A stretch of DNA of 64,000 bases, from NCBI GenBank assembly GCA_026991535.1, contig JALXBH010000050.1, positions 14,380 through 78,379 on the forward strand. Reading direction: 5' to 3'. A model generated the notes under the pieces. It saw only the letters and a list, made by a program, of their open reading frames with translations, searched no databases and had not been told where the DNA came from. A program made the translations under genes and the position numbers. The stretch comes from Calditrichia bacterium. GTDB taxonomy: Bacteria; Calditrichota; Calditrichia; Calditrichales; J004. Positions 28,585-38,773 of the stretch are shown here, one piece after another; within the stretch, counting starts at the first letter, position 1; the number at the start of each line of letters is the position of its first letter.

Positions 28585-29159
28585 AGTTCTAAAAAATTCC
28601 TTAAAAGTTTTTGTCCGCCACCGGCCGATTTCTCGGGGTGGAACTGCACGCCGTAAAAGTTGTCCTTTTGCAGGGCGGCGCTAAATGGCAGCAGATATTC
28701 GCAAAGGGCCGCTGTGTGCGGACCGCTTTCCACATAGTAACTGTGAACAAAGTACATGTTTTCCGTTTCGCCTATACCGCGGAACAGTTCACCGCGCGGC
28801 TGTTGCAGATTATTCCAACCCATGTGGGGCACGTTGCCATCCGGCGGAAAGCGGCGGACTTTTTCGGGAAAAATACCCAGGCAGGGAGTATCGTTCTCCT
28901 CGGAAAAAGCGCACATCAACTGCATGCCCAGACATATGCCCAAAAAGGGCTGTTTCAGCGCGGTGATGGTTTCATCCAGTCCTCTTTCCCTAAGGTAGGC
29001 CATGGCGCCGGAAGCTTCGCCCACGCCGGGAAAGATCACTTTGTCCGCCTCATGGATAACGCGGGGTTCATCGCTCAGGATATATTCCGCGCCCAGGCGG
29101 TTCAGCGCGTTCATTACCGAGCGGGTGTTGCCGGCGTTGTATTTAATCAGGGCAATCAT
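28581..29159 (-). CDS. hisH: Imidazole glycerol phosphate synthase glutaminase subunit
   Basis: GATase1 motifs (PGVG, GICLGMQ, FHPEKS). Confidence 0.9.
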   Translation of the reverse strand: MIALIKYNAGNTRSVMNALNRLGAEYILSDEPRVIHEADKVIFPGVGEASGAMAYLRERGLDETITALKQPFLGICLGMQLMCAFSEENDTPCLGIFPEKVRRFPPDGNVPHMGWNNLQQPRGELFRGIGETENMYFVHSYYVESGPHTAALCEYLLPFSAALQKDNFYGVQFHPEKSAGGGQKLLRNFLEL

Positions 29160-30244
29160 AAGCGGCCCTTGGTGCTGGGCACCCGTCCGTCGTGGGTGCG
29201 GGTTGCGGCCTGGCTCAGGGCACGGGCCCAGGCCTTGAAGACCGCCTCGATCTTGTGATGCTCATTTTCACCCTCCACGCTGATATTGAGGGTGCAACGC
29301 GCCGTGTCACAAAAGGATTTGAAAAAGTGGCTGAACATTTCCGTGGGCATTTCGCCGATCTTTTCCCGCCTGAATTCCGCCTGCCATACCAACCAGGGGC
29401 GTCCGCCAAAGTCCACCGCCACCTGCGCCAGGCTTTCGTCCATGGGCAGCAGAAAGCCATAGCGCCGCACGCCCTTTCGCGAGCCCAGCGCCTTGTCAAA
29501 GGCCTCACCCAGGGCCAGGCCGGTATCTTCAATGGTATGATGCTCGTCTACCCGCAGATCGCCCTTAACCGTTATTTCCAGGTCAAAGCCGCCGTGCCGG
29601 GCCAGTTGATCCAGCATATGGTCAAAAAATCCCAGTCCGGTGGCAATGCGCGCCTCGCCCGTGCCGTCAAGGTTAAGTGACAGGGCGATATCCGTTTCAC
29701 GCGTTGTCCGCCGGACTTCGGCCCGCCGCGGCCGCTGCTTAAGATAGCGGTATATTTCATCCCAGGAGACGCTGCACAGCTCGGCCTGTCCCTCCTGATC
29801 CCGGGTAATGCGGATGGCCCGGGCGCCCAGGTTGCGTGCCAGCTGTACGTCGCTTTCCCGGTCGCCGATAACGTAGGACGCGGCCAGGTCGTAATCGCCC
29901 TTCATATAATGGGTCAGCATGGCGGTTCCCGGTTTTCGGCCCGGGGCCTTGTCTCCGGGAAGGCTGCGGTCAATGAGGATTTCCCGGAAAACAACCCCCT
30001 CGCCGCGTAAAATTTCAAGCATCTTATTGTGGGCGGGCCAAAAGGTCTCCTCGGGGAAGGAGGCGCTGCCCAGGCCGTCCTGATTGGTGACCATGACCAG
30101 TTCATAGTCCAGTTCGCGGGCGATGCGCGCCAGGGCACTGATGGCGCCGGGCAAAAAGGAGAGTTTTTCATAGCTGTCTATCTGTTCATCCCGCGGTTCG
30201 GCAATGATGGTGCCGTCGCGGTCTATAAAAAGCACTTTTTTCAT
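29156..30244 (-). CDS. hisB: Bifunctional histidinol-phosphatase / imidazoleglycerol-phosphate dehydratase
   Basis: Start reset to [12 protein letters not shown] (ATGA overlap with the hisC stop). HAD DxDGT motif followed by IGPD motifs ([16 protein letters not shown]). Confidence 0.9.
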   Translation of the reverse strand: MKKVLFIDRDGTIIAEPRDEQIDSYEKLSFLPGAISALARIARELDYELVMVTNQDGLGSASFPEETFWPAHNKMLEILRGEGVVFREILIDRSLPGDKAPGRKPGTAMLTHYMKGDYDLAASYVIGDRESDVQLARNLGARAIRITRDQEGQAELCSVSWDEIYRYLKQRPRRAEVRRTTRETDIALSLNLDGTGEARIATGLGFFDHMLDQLARHGGFDLEITVKGDLRVDEHHTIEDTGLALGEAFDKALGSRKGVRRYGFLLPMDESLAQVAVDFGGRPWLVWQAEFRREKIGEMPTEMFSHFFKSFCDTARCTLNISVEGENEHHKIEAVFKAWARALSQAATRTHDGRVPSTKGRL

Positions 30245-31272
30245 TGTAGGTTCCTTAAGGCGTTTAACAATTGTTCGTTTTCGCGGGCCGTGCCCACGGA
30301 GATACGCAGGCATCCGGGCACCATGGATGAACGGTTCCGCACCACCACCCCTTGCCGGGCCAGCTCCCTGTATATCCGTTCCGCGTCGGTAACGCGCACC
30401 AGCAAAAAATTGGCGTCAGAAGGAAAAACGTTAACCACGCAGGGCAGTTTGTGAAGTTCCCGCCGAAGGTTGTGGCGTTCCCGGATAAGTTCCCGGATTT
30501 CCCGGGCCCTGCCGCTAAGGCGATCCAGTTTGGACAGGGCCGCCTTTTGCGTTAGCCCGTTTACGTTGTAGGGCGGTTTTATCCTGTTCAGAATGTTAAT
30601 GACCCCGCTGTGGGCAAAGGCCATGCCCAGACGTATGCCAGCCATGCCCCAGGCCTTGCTGAAGGTCTGTAAAACCACCATGTTGGGTATCTCCTCCAGA
30701 CGCCCTAACATGCCCTGTGTATCGGCAAAGTCGATGTAGGCTTCGTCCACCACCACCAGGCCGTGGAAGCTTTGGGCCAGGGTAATGATTTGGCCTTCGG
30801 GTATCAGGTTGCCCGTAGGATTGTTGGGTGAGCATATAAAAAGCATTTTCAGTCGCTTATCCTTCAGCCGGGGCAGGAGGGATTCGGTATCGATGTGAAA
30901 ATTGTCATCCAAAGGCGATTCGATTACGGCAACGTCGTTTATGGCCGCGCTGACCGTATACATGCCATAGGTTGGGGGAAAGATCATGACGCTTTCCCGG
31001 CCCGGAACGCAAAAGGCGCGCAGCAGCAGGTCTATGGCTTCATCGCTGCCGTTGCCTAAAAAGATATTTTGCGGCTCCACATTTTTTATGGCGGCGATCT
31101 TTTTTTTCAGCGCCCGTTGCATGGGGTCGGGGTAGCGGTTTAGCCCGCTTTCATAGGGGCTCTCATTGGCGTCCAGCCAAACGCTGGCTTCGCCCTTAAA
31201 TTCATCCCGCGCCGAGCGGTAGGGCTTTAGCCGGCGTATATTTTCCCGGGTCAGTTTTTCCGGATCAAACAT
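30241..31272 (-). CDS. hisC: Histidinol-phosphate aminotransferase
   Basis: Class II aminotransferase. SPNNPTGN motif and PLP lysine motif [14 protein letters not shown]. Confidence 0.9.
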   Translation of the reverse strand: MFDPEKLTRENIRRLKPYRSARDEFKGEASVWLDANESPYESGLNRYPDPMQRALKKKIAAIKNVEPQNIFLGNGSDEAIDLLLRAFCVPGRESVMIFPPTYGMYTVSAAINDVAVIESPLDDNFHIDTESLLPRLKDKRLKMLFICSPNNPTGNLIPEGQIITLAQSFHGLVVVDEAYIDFADTQGMLGRLEEIPNMVVLQTFSKAWGMAGIRLGMAFAHSGVINILNRIKPPYNVNGLTQKAALSKLDRLSGRAREIRELIRERHNLRRELHKLPCVVNVFPSDANFLLVRVTDAERIYRELARQGVVVRNRSSMVPGCLRISVGTARENEQLLNALRNLQ

Positions 31273-32542
31273 CTTTAATCTCCCGCAGACGTAGTGTTAC
31301 GGCATTCCTGTGCGCCAGAAGCTGCTCGGCTTCCGCCATCAGTTCGATGGCCGGGCCGATTTTTTTCAGACCCCGGGCGCTGATTTTTTGAAAGGTAATC
31401 ATTTTTACAAAGCTGTCCAGCGAAACCCCGCTGTATGCGGCGGCATGGCCGTTGGTGGGCAGGGTGTGGTTGGTGCCGCTGGCATAGTCTCCCGCGCTTT
31501 CGCAGCTATGGGAACCAATAAAAACGCTGCCCGCATTTACAACATCCTCCGCCAGTTCCCCGGCGCTGTCCGTGGCCAGAATCAAATGTTCCGGCGCATA
31601 GAGGTTGCTCAGCTCCAGCGCTTCCCGCAAATCATGCAGCAGGATCATTTTGCTGTGGGCCAGGGCGCTTGCGGCTGTTTCCCGGCGCGGCAGGAGGGTA
31701 AGCTGTTTCTCTATCTCCCGTTCCACCGCGTTTATCAACGAGGCAGAGGTGCATAAAAATATCACCTGGGAATCAGTTCCATGCTCGGCCTGGCTTAATA
31801 AGTCCGCCGCGATAAAGGCGGGGTTGCCTTCCCCGTCGCTGATGATCAGCACCTCGCTGGGACCCGCCGGCATATCGATGGCCGTGCCGGCGCTTTGCGC
31901 CATTTGCTTGGCCAGGGTCACATAGCGGTTGCCGGGGCCGAATATCTTGTCCACGCGCGGTACGCTTTCCGTGCCGTAACACATGGCGGCCACGGCCTGC
32001 GCACCACCGATGGTAAACAGCCGTTTTATGCCCAGGATGCGCGCCGTGTAAAGAATGGCCGGAGCAATGTGCCCATCGGCGTTGGGTGGCGTACAGACCA
32101 CAATCTCGCGGCAACCGGCCAAACGGGCGGGCACGGCCAGCATCAACAGGGTGGAAAAGAGGGGCGCGCTGCCGCCGGGGATGTACAAACCCACGCGCTC
32201 CACCGGTACGGCCCGCCGCCAGCAGAGCACGCCCGGCTGGGTTTCCACGGCTTTTTCCGTCCTTTTCTGGGCCCGGTGAAATTGTTCTATATTACTCCGG
32301 GCCATATCGATGGCCGCCCGCAGCGGGGGGGCAAGCTCCGTTGTTTCGGGAACTTCCCTCGACAGGGAAGAGAGGCGCGCGCCGTCAAACCGGCGGGTCA
32401 GCTCAAAAAGGGCCGCGTCTCCCTGTTGACGAACCTGGTTTAAAATATCCGCCACCCCGGAGCGAATATCCTTGTCCGAGGCAAAAGGCCGGGCGCAAAG
32501 ACCGGGCCACTCCTTTCGATCGGGATAGGTAATTATCTTCAT
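31265..32542 (-). CDS. hisD: Histidinol dehydrogenase
   Basis: Full-length HisD-like sequence (IPGGSAPLFSTLLM, SQAEHG, GDYASGTNHTLPT). Confidence 0.95.
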   Translation of the reverse strand: MKIITYPDRKEWPGLCARPFASDKDIRSGVADILNQVRQQGDAALFELTRRFDGARLSSLSREVPETTELAPPLRAAIDMARSNIEQFHRAQKRTEKAVETQPGVLCWRRAVPVERVGLYIPGGSAPLFSTLLMLAVPARLAGCREIVVCTPPNADGHIAPAILYTARILGIKRLFTIGGAQAVAAMCYGTESVPRVDKIFGPGNRYVTLAKQMAQSAGTAIDMPAGPSEVLIISDGEGNPAFIAADLLSQAEHGTDSQVIFLCTSASLINAVEREIEKQLTLLPRRETAASALAHSKMILLHDLREALELSNLYAPEHLILATDSAGELAEDVVNAGSVFIGSHSCESAGDYASGTNHTLPTNGHAAAYSGVSLDSFVKMITFQKISARGLKKIGPAIELMAEAEQLLAHRNAVTLRLREIKDV

Positions 32543-33393
32543 TATAAAAACATCTTTTCAATGGGACATACCAGAATTCCTTGCGCGCCCGCCCGGCGCA
32601 GACCGTCGATCACCTCCCAGAAGGTATCTTCCTTAACCACGCTGTGCACGCTGCTCCAGCCCTTTTCCGCCAGGGGCAGGATGGTCGGGCTTTTCATTCC
32701 CGGTAACAGGGCGCAGATCGTGTCCAGGGCCTCGTCCGGCGCGTTAAGCAAAATATACTTGTTTTGACGGGCATTTTGTACCGCCTGAATGCGGAAACGT
32801 AAGCGGCTGAGTATCGTTTGTTTTTCGCCCCGCAGGCCGGGGTTGCTGATCAGCACGGCCTCGCTGTGCAGAATAGTTTCCACCTCACGCAGGCCATTCA
32901 TCAGCAAGGTGCTGCCCGTGCTTACAATATCGCACACACCGTCGGCCAGGCCGATGCCCGGGGCTATTTCCACGCTGCCGCTGATCTCTTCTATGGCGGC
33001 GTTGATGCCCTGCCCGCGCAGGTAGTTATTCAAAATAACAGGGTAGGTGCTGGCAATTTTTTTGCCGTTAAACCAGGACGGGCCATTATAGCTTTCCTCG
33101 CGTCGCACAGCCAGGGAAAGGCGGCATTTACCAAAACCCAGCTTTTCCTCCACACGTACCTGCTTCTCCTTTTCCAGCACCACGTTCTCTCCCAAAATAC
33201 CCACGTCGGCCACGCCGTCGGCCACATATTGGGGGATATCATCATCCCGCAAATAAAGAACATCCACGGGAAAGTTACTGGCCTCGGCCTTCAGCTTACC
33301 GCCGTTGCTTATGCGGATGCCGCATTCCCTGAGCAGGCTCAGGCTTTGCTCGCTTAGCCGCCCCTTTTTTTGTATGGCTATCTTCAGTCGCAT
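32542..33393 (-). CDS. hisG: ATP phosphoribosyltransferase (long form)
   Basis: MRLKIAIQKKGRL N-terminus and a 283-aa length that includes the C-terminal regulatory domain. Shares 1 nt with the hisD start. Confidence 0.9.
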   Translation of the reverse strand: MRLKIAIQKKGRLSEQSLSLLRECGIRISNGGKLKAEASNFPVDVLYLRDDDIPQYVADGVADVGILGENVVLEKEKQVRVEEKLGFGKCRLSLAVRREESYNGPSWFNGKKIASTYPVILNNYLRGQGINAAIEEISGSVEIAPGIGLADGVCDIVSTGSTLLMNGLREVETILHSEAVLISNPGLRGEKQTILSRLRFRIQAVQNARQNKYILLNAPDEALDTICALLPGMKSPTILPLAEKGWSSVHSVVKEDTFWEVIDGLRRAGAQGILVCPIEKMFL

Positions 33394-33424
33394 CTCTCAT
33401 CCTTTCACTGTATAATTTTTGGGC

Positions 33425-33462
33425 AAAAAAAAACCCGTCCGAGGGTCATTCAGACGGGTTTT
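33425..33462 (-). terminator. Intrinsic terminator forming the his attenuator; it may also terminate the upstream permease gene
   Basis: Minus-strand RNA AAACCCGUCUG-AAUGACCCU-CGGACGGGUUU gives an 11-bp stem with one G.U pair, followed by a U run. It lies 32 nt upstream of the hisG ATG and 32 nt downstream of the leader ORF stop. Confidence 0.7.
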
Positions 33463-33493
33463 ATTAATGATTTTTATTTTCAGACACACAACA

Positions 33494-33568
33494 TCATTGC
33501 CAACTCGTATAAACGACCGGATAAACTATTACGGCATGATGATGGTGGTGAAATTGAATCTTTTTCAT
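33494..33568 (-). CDS. hisL: Histidine operon leader peptide (24 aa, MKKIQFHHHHHAVIVYPVVYTSWQ)
   Basis: Hand translation of the minus strand gives ATG AAA AAG ATT CAA TTT CAC CAC CAT CAT CAT GCC ... TGA. Five consecutive His codons span 33536-33550. The position between a promoter-like element and the terminator hairpin before hisG fits attenuation. Confidence 0.65.
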   Translation of the reverse strand: MKKIQFHHHHHAVIVYPVVYTSWQ

Positions 33569-33577
33569 AGCGCGCCC

Positions 33578-33605
33578 AATATAAGCGTGATTCCGGAATT
33601 TGCAA
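33578..33605 (-). promoter_or_regulatory. Candidate sigma-70-type promoter for the his leader
   Basis: Minus-strand TTGCAA (33600-33605), a 16-nt spacer, then TATATT (33578-33583). The -10 element ends 9 nt before the leader ATG, which implies a very short 5' UTR. Confidence 0.3.
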
Positions 33606-33628
33606 AATTTTTATTGCACGCCCGGATG

Positions 33629-34615
33629 CTAATGGTTTTGGCGAATCAGGAGATAGACAAAAAAAGGGCCGCCCAGAAAGGCGGTAACAATACCCACCGG
33701 TATTTCCGCCGGGGAGATGAGCATGCGGGCGATGGTATCGCTGAGGGTTAAAAAGAGGCCGCCCAGCATCAGGGCGCCCCAAAAAAGATACTTGTGGTTG
33801 GCGCCGAACATCATGCGGATCATATGGGGAATGACCAGCCCCACAAAGCCGATGGGTCCGGCCAGGGCCACGTAAAAACCGGCCAGCACCGCCCCGAAAA
33901 TAAGGGAATGTTTTTGCAACCGGTCCACATCAACCCCCTTGCTTTTGGCCAGTTCCTCGCCCGTGAGCAACACGTTAAAATGGCGGTAATGCCACAAAAA
34001 GTAAAGGGCGCCGGCAAGGGTCAGTCCGAGGGCGGTTAGCGGATAGGCCCAGCCGGCCACATCCAGGGCCCCCATTACCCAGCGGATCATTTTAAAGGTT
34101 TCGGTAAAGTCGGCCAGATAGTGCAACAACATATTCAGCGCCGAGAAGAAGAAACTAAAGGCTACCCCAAGCAAAATGATGTTATAGACGGAGGCCTGTT
34201 TCCAAAAGCGGGTAAGGTAAAATATCAGGCCGATGGCCAGCAGACTGCCGAGAATGGAAAAAAGAGCCACCGTGGATAAAAAACCGAAAGAGACGGCCAG
34301 TCCCAACTTAATGGCCAGTACCGCGCCCAGGGCCCCTCCGGAGGAGACCCCCAGTGTGTAGGGGGAGGCCAGGGCATTGCGCAGAACCACCTGATAGACA
34401 GCGCCCACCAGGGCCAGCCCCGCCCCCACGGCCCAGGCAAATATAACCCGCGGCAAACGAATATGCACAAGGATGAGGCGATCCAGGCCTTCGGGGTTAT
34501 CCAGGGCTTCCGTCAGGCTGATTTTCTGGCTGCCCCAAAAAGGGAAAAGGAAAACCAGCAATAAAAACAACAGCATCCATCCCGGAAAAAATCGTATAGA
34601 AAAAAAACGGCTCAT
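33629..34615 (-). CDS. FecCD/BtuC-family ABC permease (iron-siderophore/cobalamin type)
   Basis: 328-aa protein with about 9-10 TM segments and FecCD-type sequence (RLPRVIFAWAVGAGLALVGAVYQ, TAFLGGPFFVYLL). Confidence 0.85.
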   Translation of the reverse strand: MSRFFSIRFFPGWMLLFLLLVFLFPFWGSQKISLTEALDNPEGLDRLILVHIRLPRVIFAWAVGAGLALVGAVYQVVLRNALASPYTLGVSSGGALGAVLAIKLGLAVSFGFLSTVALFSILGSLLAIGLIFYLTRFWKQASVYNIILLGVAFSFFFSALNMLLHYLADFTETFKMIRWVMGALDVAGWAYPLTALGLTLAGALYFLWHYRHFNVLLTGEELAKSKGVDVDRLQKHSLIFGAVLAGFYVALAGPIGFVGLVIPHMIRMMFGANHKYLFWGALMLGGLFLTLSDTIARMLISPAEIPVGIVTAFLGGPFFVYLLIRQNH

Positions 34616-34753
34616 ATTTTTTAGGGAACTCTTGAGAAAATGTGTAATTTACCACCGAAAGGTTTATCAAAAAAGAAAGCTAAGTTTACTTTTTGATGAC
34701 CGTGACGAAACAAAATACAACGAGATTGCTTAAAAGCACGGAAAGGCAAGATC

Positions 34754-35038
34754 ATGGAATTTTTATTAGTACCCATTTTGTTTGGCGCCGCCATCTTTTT
34801 ATTGGGCATCGGTAAATTTATCGGCGGTAAAGAACTTAACAGTTCCTGCGCCTCCGGCGACCACCTGAAGGATTATGGACATGATGACGCTTCCTGCGGG
34901 GCATGCTCCAACGAGGATGTTAAGTTCTATATCTCCAGGGATGATCCCGGTTTTGACCGCGTGGCCTCCCTGGGGTATCCCAACCGCGATAAACGATTTA
35001 TCGACAAACTGGATTTTAAACCCGACCGTTTTAAGTAG
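34754..35038 (+). CDS. Small membrane-anchored Cys-containing protein, unknown function
   Basis: 94 aa. One N-terminal TM helix followed by SSCASGD...DDASCGACS. No confident family call. Confidence 0.4.
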   Translation: MEFLLVPILFGAAIFLLGIGKFIGGKELNSSCASGDHLKDYGHDDASCGACSNEDVKFYISRDDPGFDRVASLGYPNRDKRFIDKLDFKPDRFK

Positions 35039-35139
35039 ACGCTTCTCTTTGGTCCGGAACCGCTATATATCTCCGCCCGCCCGGATTTATTAACGGGTGG
35101 GTTTAATTCTCCAAAACGCCCACTGAACAAGCAAGTTGG

Positions 35140-35166
35140 ACAAGGAGAACGCCCCCTTGTGTTTTT
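35140..35166 (+). terminator. Candidate terminator
   Basis: Stem ACAAGG/CCTTGT with a 9-nt loop, followed by GTTTTT. About 100 nt downstream of the small ORF. Confidence 0.4.
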
Positions 35167-35190
35167 AAATCATCCAGGCGGTTCCCCGGG

Positions 35191-37578
35191 CTATTTTAAC
35201 AGAAACACCTGCCCCTGCAGCGGTTCCAGGCTGATCTCCAGAACCGGAGGCAGCAAGGCATACTTTTTGGCATTGTACAGGGCAATGACACTGTTAATCA
35301 CAATGTCCTCCGGGAAATTCAATGCTAATCGTTTTGGCTTATCGCTTTTGTTCAGGATCACCAACAGGCGTTCCCGTAAGTCCGTGCGTAAAAAGGCATA
35401 AACATCCTTATCCACATATAGCGGTCTGAAATCGCCATAGCGCAGGGCGGAGTGATCGCGACGCATTTTTACCAGCCTGCTGATACTTTTCAATTGTTCG
35501 CGTTCGGCCTTTGTCAGTTTTTCCTGAAAACGCATCATGCGTCGGTTATCGGGGTCGGCGGCGCCGGTCATGCCGATTTCATCTCCGTAATAAAGCACGG
35601 GTGTGCCGGGAATGCTCATCATATACATCATATAAAGCTGTGCCGTGCGGTATGTTTGTTCCCTGTCCACCTTCGGCGGATTTTTCCAGCCGATTTCCGC
35701 GGCATCCGCCCCCCTGGGGATATCGTGTTCGGCCAGGGCCATAAAGCGTACCTTGTCATGGCTGTCCATCAGGTTGCCCATTTTATGATCGACGCCAAAC
35801 ATATCCAGCCCTTTAAGCAGTTCCAGGTTTAAATCACGGAAGTCTCCTTCCTTTTCGGTAAAGGTGGGTATGGCCACATCATAAAGCGGAAAGTTGAATT
35901 GGGCGTCCAGTTGACCGTTGTTTACATAGGAGCGGATCAGCTTGTAGGAGCCGAAGGTTTCGCCGATCTGGAACAGGGGCGTTTCCCTTCCGGGGTTGAT
36001 CTGTTCCTTTATTTTACGGGTCAGGGTACGCCAGAAAGCATTGGGCACGTGTTTAACCGCGTCCTGACGGAAACCGTCAAGGTCGGCGGTTTTAAGCCAC
36101 CAGATGGCATCATCGGTCATCTGCTCCAGAGCCCGGGCCGAGTTGACATAGTCAAAGGAGGGCAGGAAGGGCTCGAACCAGGTGGTCAGGCGGTGGCGGT
36201 CCCATTGGCGCAGGTTAAGCGTGCCGTCGGTCAGCTTGAGCTTGCCAAACCATTCCGGGTGCTCCACATAATAGGGGTGATTTTTGTGAACATGGTTGGA
36301 GACGAAATCCAGAATAACCTTTAATCCGCGTTTATGGGCGGCGGCGGTTACCTTTTGCAACAGAGCCATGTCGCCAAAGCGTTCATCCACGGTGCGGGGC
36401 AGAATGGGCCAGTAGCCGTGATAGCCGCTATACCAACGGTGGGGCTTCAGATATTCCTGCCAGGCATCTTCCGGATTTTGATTTAATGGAGAAATCCATA
36501 AGACATTTACCCCCAGATCATTAAAATAGCCGTCCTCAATTTTACCCAACAGACCCTGCAGGTCGCCGCCCATATAATTGACTTTGTCGGCCAGATCCTT
36601 ATGCGCCACCTTTTTATTGTTAGAGGGGTCGCCATCGGCAAAACGATCGACAAAAAGAGAATAGATGACCGCGTCCTGCCAGTCGAAGGGATGTTTCTTC
36701 AGGCCGGCGACTTCACCATTGACAAAGTGCACTTTTTTGTAGGAGGAGCCGCCATCACGAAACTGCACGGCCACCCATAGGTTGCTGCGGGGGCTGAACC
36801 GTTTTTGTTTAAGCGAAACCTGCAGGTCGCTGCCGGAAAGGGTGTAGTTGCTGGTATCCAGCAGCTGTTTGTTGAAGATGACGTATACCTGGCGCGGAGT
36901 GCGCTTTACCGGGCCTTTTTGACGGAGGCGGAAAGTGGTGATGACATTCTTTTGTTTTTTGGCGTGGCTTTTATAATACAGGGTGTAATCGGCGCCGGCG
37001 GAGCTGACGGACAGAACGGAATTGAACTCGCCAAAGGGGTTGCGGGCCTTTTTAGTGTTGCCCGGGTCAATAACTTCCCGGCCGTTTACCAAAAAACGGT
37101 ACTCATAGCGCCCGGGATTCATGGCCTGTTGTGTTTCATAGCGTTTTTTCGCGGCGTTGTAGGTCATCGGCGGGCTGTTGCGGTTCCAGTCGTTAAATGA
37201 GCCGAAAAGACGAACGTCAAGATTTGCCTTACGCGAGGGATAGAAAAAAAAGACGCGGCTTTTCTTGCGCACATTAACAGGAATAAAGTATCCCTTTTTC
37301 TGATATCTGAAGTTAAAATAGGTTGCCCCCTGAAAGGAGCTGTCCGCCGTCAGGACAACGGCATTCTTTTCCGGGAGATATTGTACCGCCAGCGACGGGC
37401 TGCGTCCCAGTTCGATGGTATGATCCGGTGCGTAAAACATATCGGAGAGGACCAGCGTATCCGTTACGCCGGCCGTCAGGCGGATCGTATCAAAATCGTC
37501 CGTGATGGTAAAACGCTCCCGGGAGCAGGACAGGGATAAAAAGAGCGCGGAAAGGATGACTACTCGAAAATAATACAT
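35191..37578 (-). CDS. GH13 alpha-amylase-family lipoprotein with an N-terminal CBM48/E-set-like module
   Basis: Lipobox LSLSCS. GH13 regions I-IV are LDFVSNHV, GFRQDAVKHV, QIGETFG, LMDSHD. The N-terminus has FGSFNDWN...YEYRFLVNG, a glycogen-binding-like module. Confidence 0.85.
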   Translation of the reverse strand: MYYFRVVILSALFLSLSCSRERFTITDDFDTIRLTAGVTDTLVLSDMFYAPDHTIELGRSPSLAVQYLPEKNAVVLTADSSFQGATYFNFRYQKKGYFIPVNVRKKSRVFFFYPSRKANLDVRLFGSFNDWNRNSPPMTYNAAKKRYETQQAMNPGRYEYRFLVNGREVIDPGNTKKARNPFGEFNSVLSVSSAGADYTLYYKSHAKKQKNVITTFRLRQKGPVKRTPRQVYVIFNKQLLDTSNYTLSGSDLQVSLKQKRFSPRSNLWVAVQFRDGGSSYKKVHFVNGEVAGLKKHPFDWQDAVIYSLFVDRFADGDPSNNKKVAHKDLADKVNYMGGDLQGLLGKIEDGYFNDLGVNVLWISPLNQNPEDAWQEYLKPHRWYSGYHGYWPILPRTVDERFGDMALLQKVTAAAHKRGLKVILDFVSNHVHKNHPYYVEHPEWFGKLKLTDGTLNLRQWDRHRLTTWFEPFLPSFDYVNSARALEQMTDDAIWWLKTADLDGFRQDAVKHVPNAFWRTLTRKIKEQINPGRETPLFQIGETFGSYKLIRSYVNNGQLDAQFNFPLYDVAIPTFTEKEGDFRDLNLELLKGLDMFGVDHKMGNLMDSHDKVRFMALAEHDIPRGADAAEIGWKNPPKVDREQTYRTAQLYMMYMMSIPGTPVLYYGDEIGMTGAADPDNRRMMRFQEKLTKAEREQLKSISRLVKMRRDHSALRYGDFRPLYVDKDVYAFLRTDLRERLLVILNKSDKPKRLALNFPEDIVINSVIALYNAKKYALLPPVLEISLEPLQGQVFLLK

Positions 37579-37671
37579 GTGATGCCTCGTGTTATCGGAG
37601 ATTCACTTTCTGAGCGATGCTAATATAAAAAAAACGCGTCTAAAGGAAAATGTGAAAGGCCCGGACGGTCT

Positions 37672-38475
37672 TTAATCCGTATCAAGTGCCACCACGGTTC
37701 CCTCGTTGCTGCGTACATTAAAAACAACATTGTTTTCAAAAATCAGATATTGCCCTTTTATGCCGTTTAACCGGCCCCGGAACTCCGGAGTTTTGCTTAA
37801 ATTCAGACTGACCACCTTGTGCGGCCATGAGGTTACCGGGTATTCGATACGTGTCAGATGTACATTACTTTCCAGAAAGTAGGGCCGGGCCTCTTCGGGA
37901 ATATAGGCCTTAAGCTGTTCACGCAATTCAAAAAGATCGGTGTCGCCGATTTCATTTTTTAACATGCGCCGCCAGTTTGTTTTGTCAGACACATGTTTTT
38001 TTAAGGCCACCTCGGTAATGCCCGCCAGATAACGGTTAGGTGTTTCCACGATCTCCAGGGCGGCGGAAGCCCCCTGGTCGATCCAGCGCGTGGGTACCTG
38101 CGTTTTACGGGTTACCCCCACCTTGGCGTTACTGGAAAGAGCCAGGTAGACGATATGTGGCTTAAGCTGAACCTCTTTTTCATATTCCAGATCCCGGTCT
38201 TCAATTCCCAAATGGGCCGTGGAGAGCTCCGGGCGCATAACCCAATCGCCCACATCGGCCTGCTTATAAAAGCAATCGTAACAGTAGCCCTGGCGGAAAA
38301 TTTTTTTGGCGCTACCGCAGTTCAGGCAACGATATCCCTTAAAGGTCAACCCAAGGTTATGTCCCACAAGCGCGTTCATATCCAGCCGGGTGGAGCCCAT
38401 GTTGAGGAAGTACCGAACGGGGACGTCATATTCGGTTTCCATTTTTGTCAACACATCTACATAAGTCATGGTCAT
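37672..38475 (-). CDS. DUF2797-like protein with a Cys4 ribbon
   Basis: 267 aa. CLNCG...CYDC motif near the N-terminus. The family call is from recall. Confidence 0.55.
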   Translation of the reverse strand: MTMTYVDVLTKMETEYDVPVRYFLNMGSTRLDMNALVGHNLGLTFKGYRCLNCGSAKKIFRQGYCYDCFYKQADVGDWVMRPELSTAHLGIEDRDLEYEKEVQLKPHIVYLALSSNAKVGVTRKTQVPTRWIDQGASAALEIVETPNRYLAGITEVALKKHVSDKTNWRRMLKNEIGDTDLFELREQLKAYIPEEARPYFLESNVHLTRIEYPVTSWPHKVVSLNLSKTPEFRGRLNGIKGQYLIFENNVVFNVRSNEGTVVALDTD

Positions 38476-38647
38476 TCCTGTTGTTTCGGTCAGAGTTTCG
38501 GATGGACGTGTAATTCAATATAGGCATCCGGGTTAATCTTTTCCCGAAAAACTGTTTTTCCGCCCCAAACAGGGATAAAAGAAATATTTTACCCATAACG
38601 GATTGCTTTAGCTGTAAGAATCCGTTAAATTTGCCATCTTTTCCAAA

Positions 38648-38720
<73 letters not shown>

Positions 38721-38773
38721 CTTTTTTCCCCGTGGTAAATCCCATTTTATCGTAGCGGCTTTCCGCGCGCGGC

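Noticed and set aside
34616-34753. Possible cobalamin riboswitch upstream of the BtuC/FecCD-like permease
   Set aside because: I could find no B12-box-like GCCACTG or AGYCMGG core in the 138-nt AT-rich leader.
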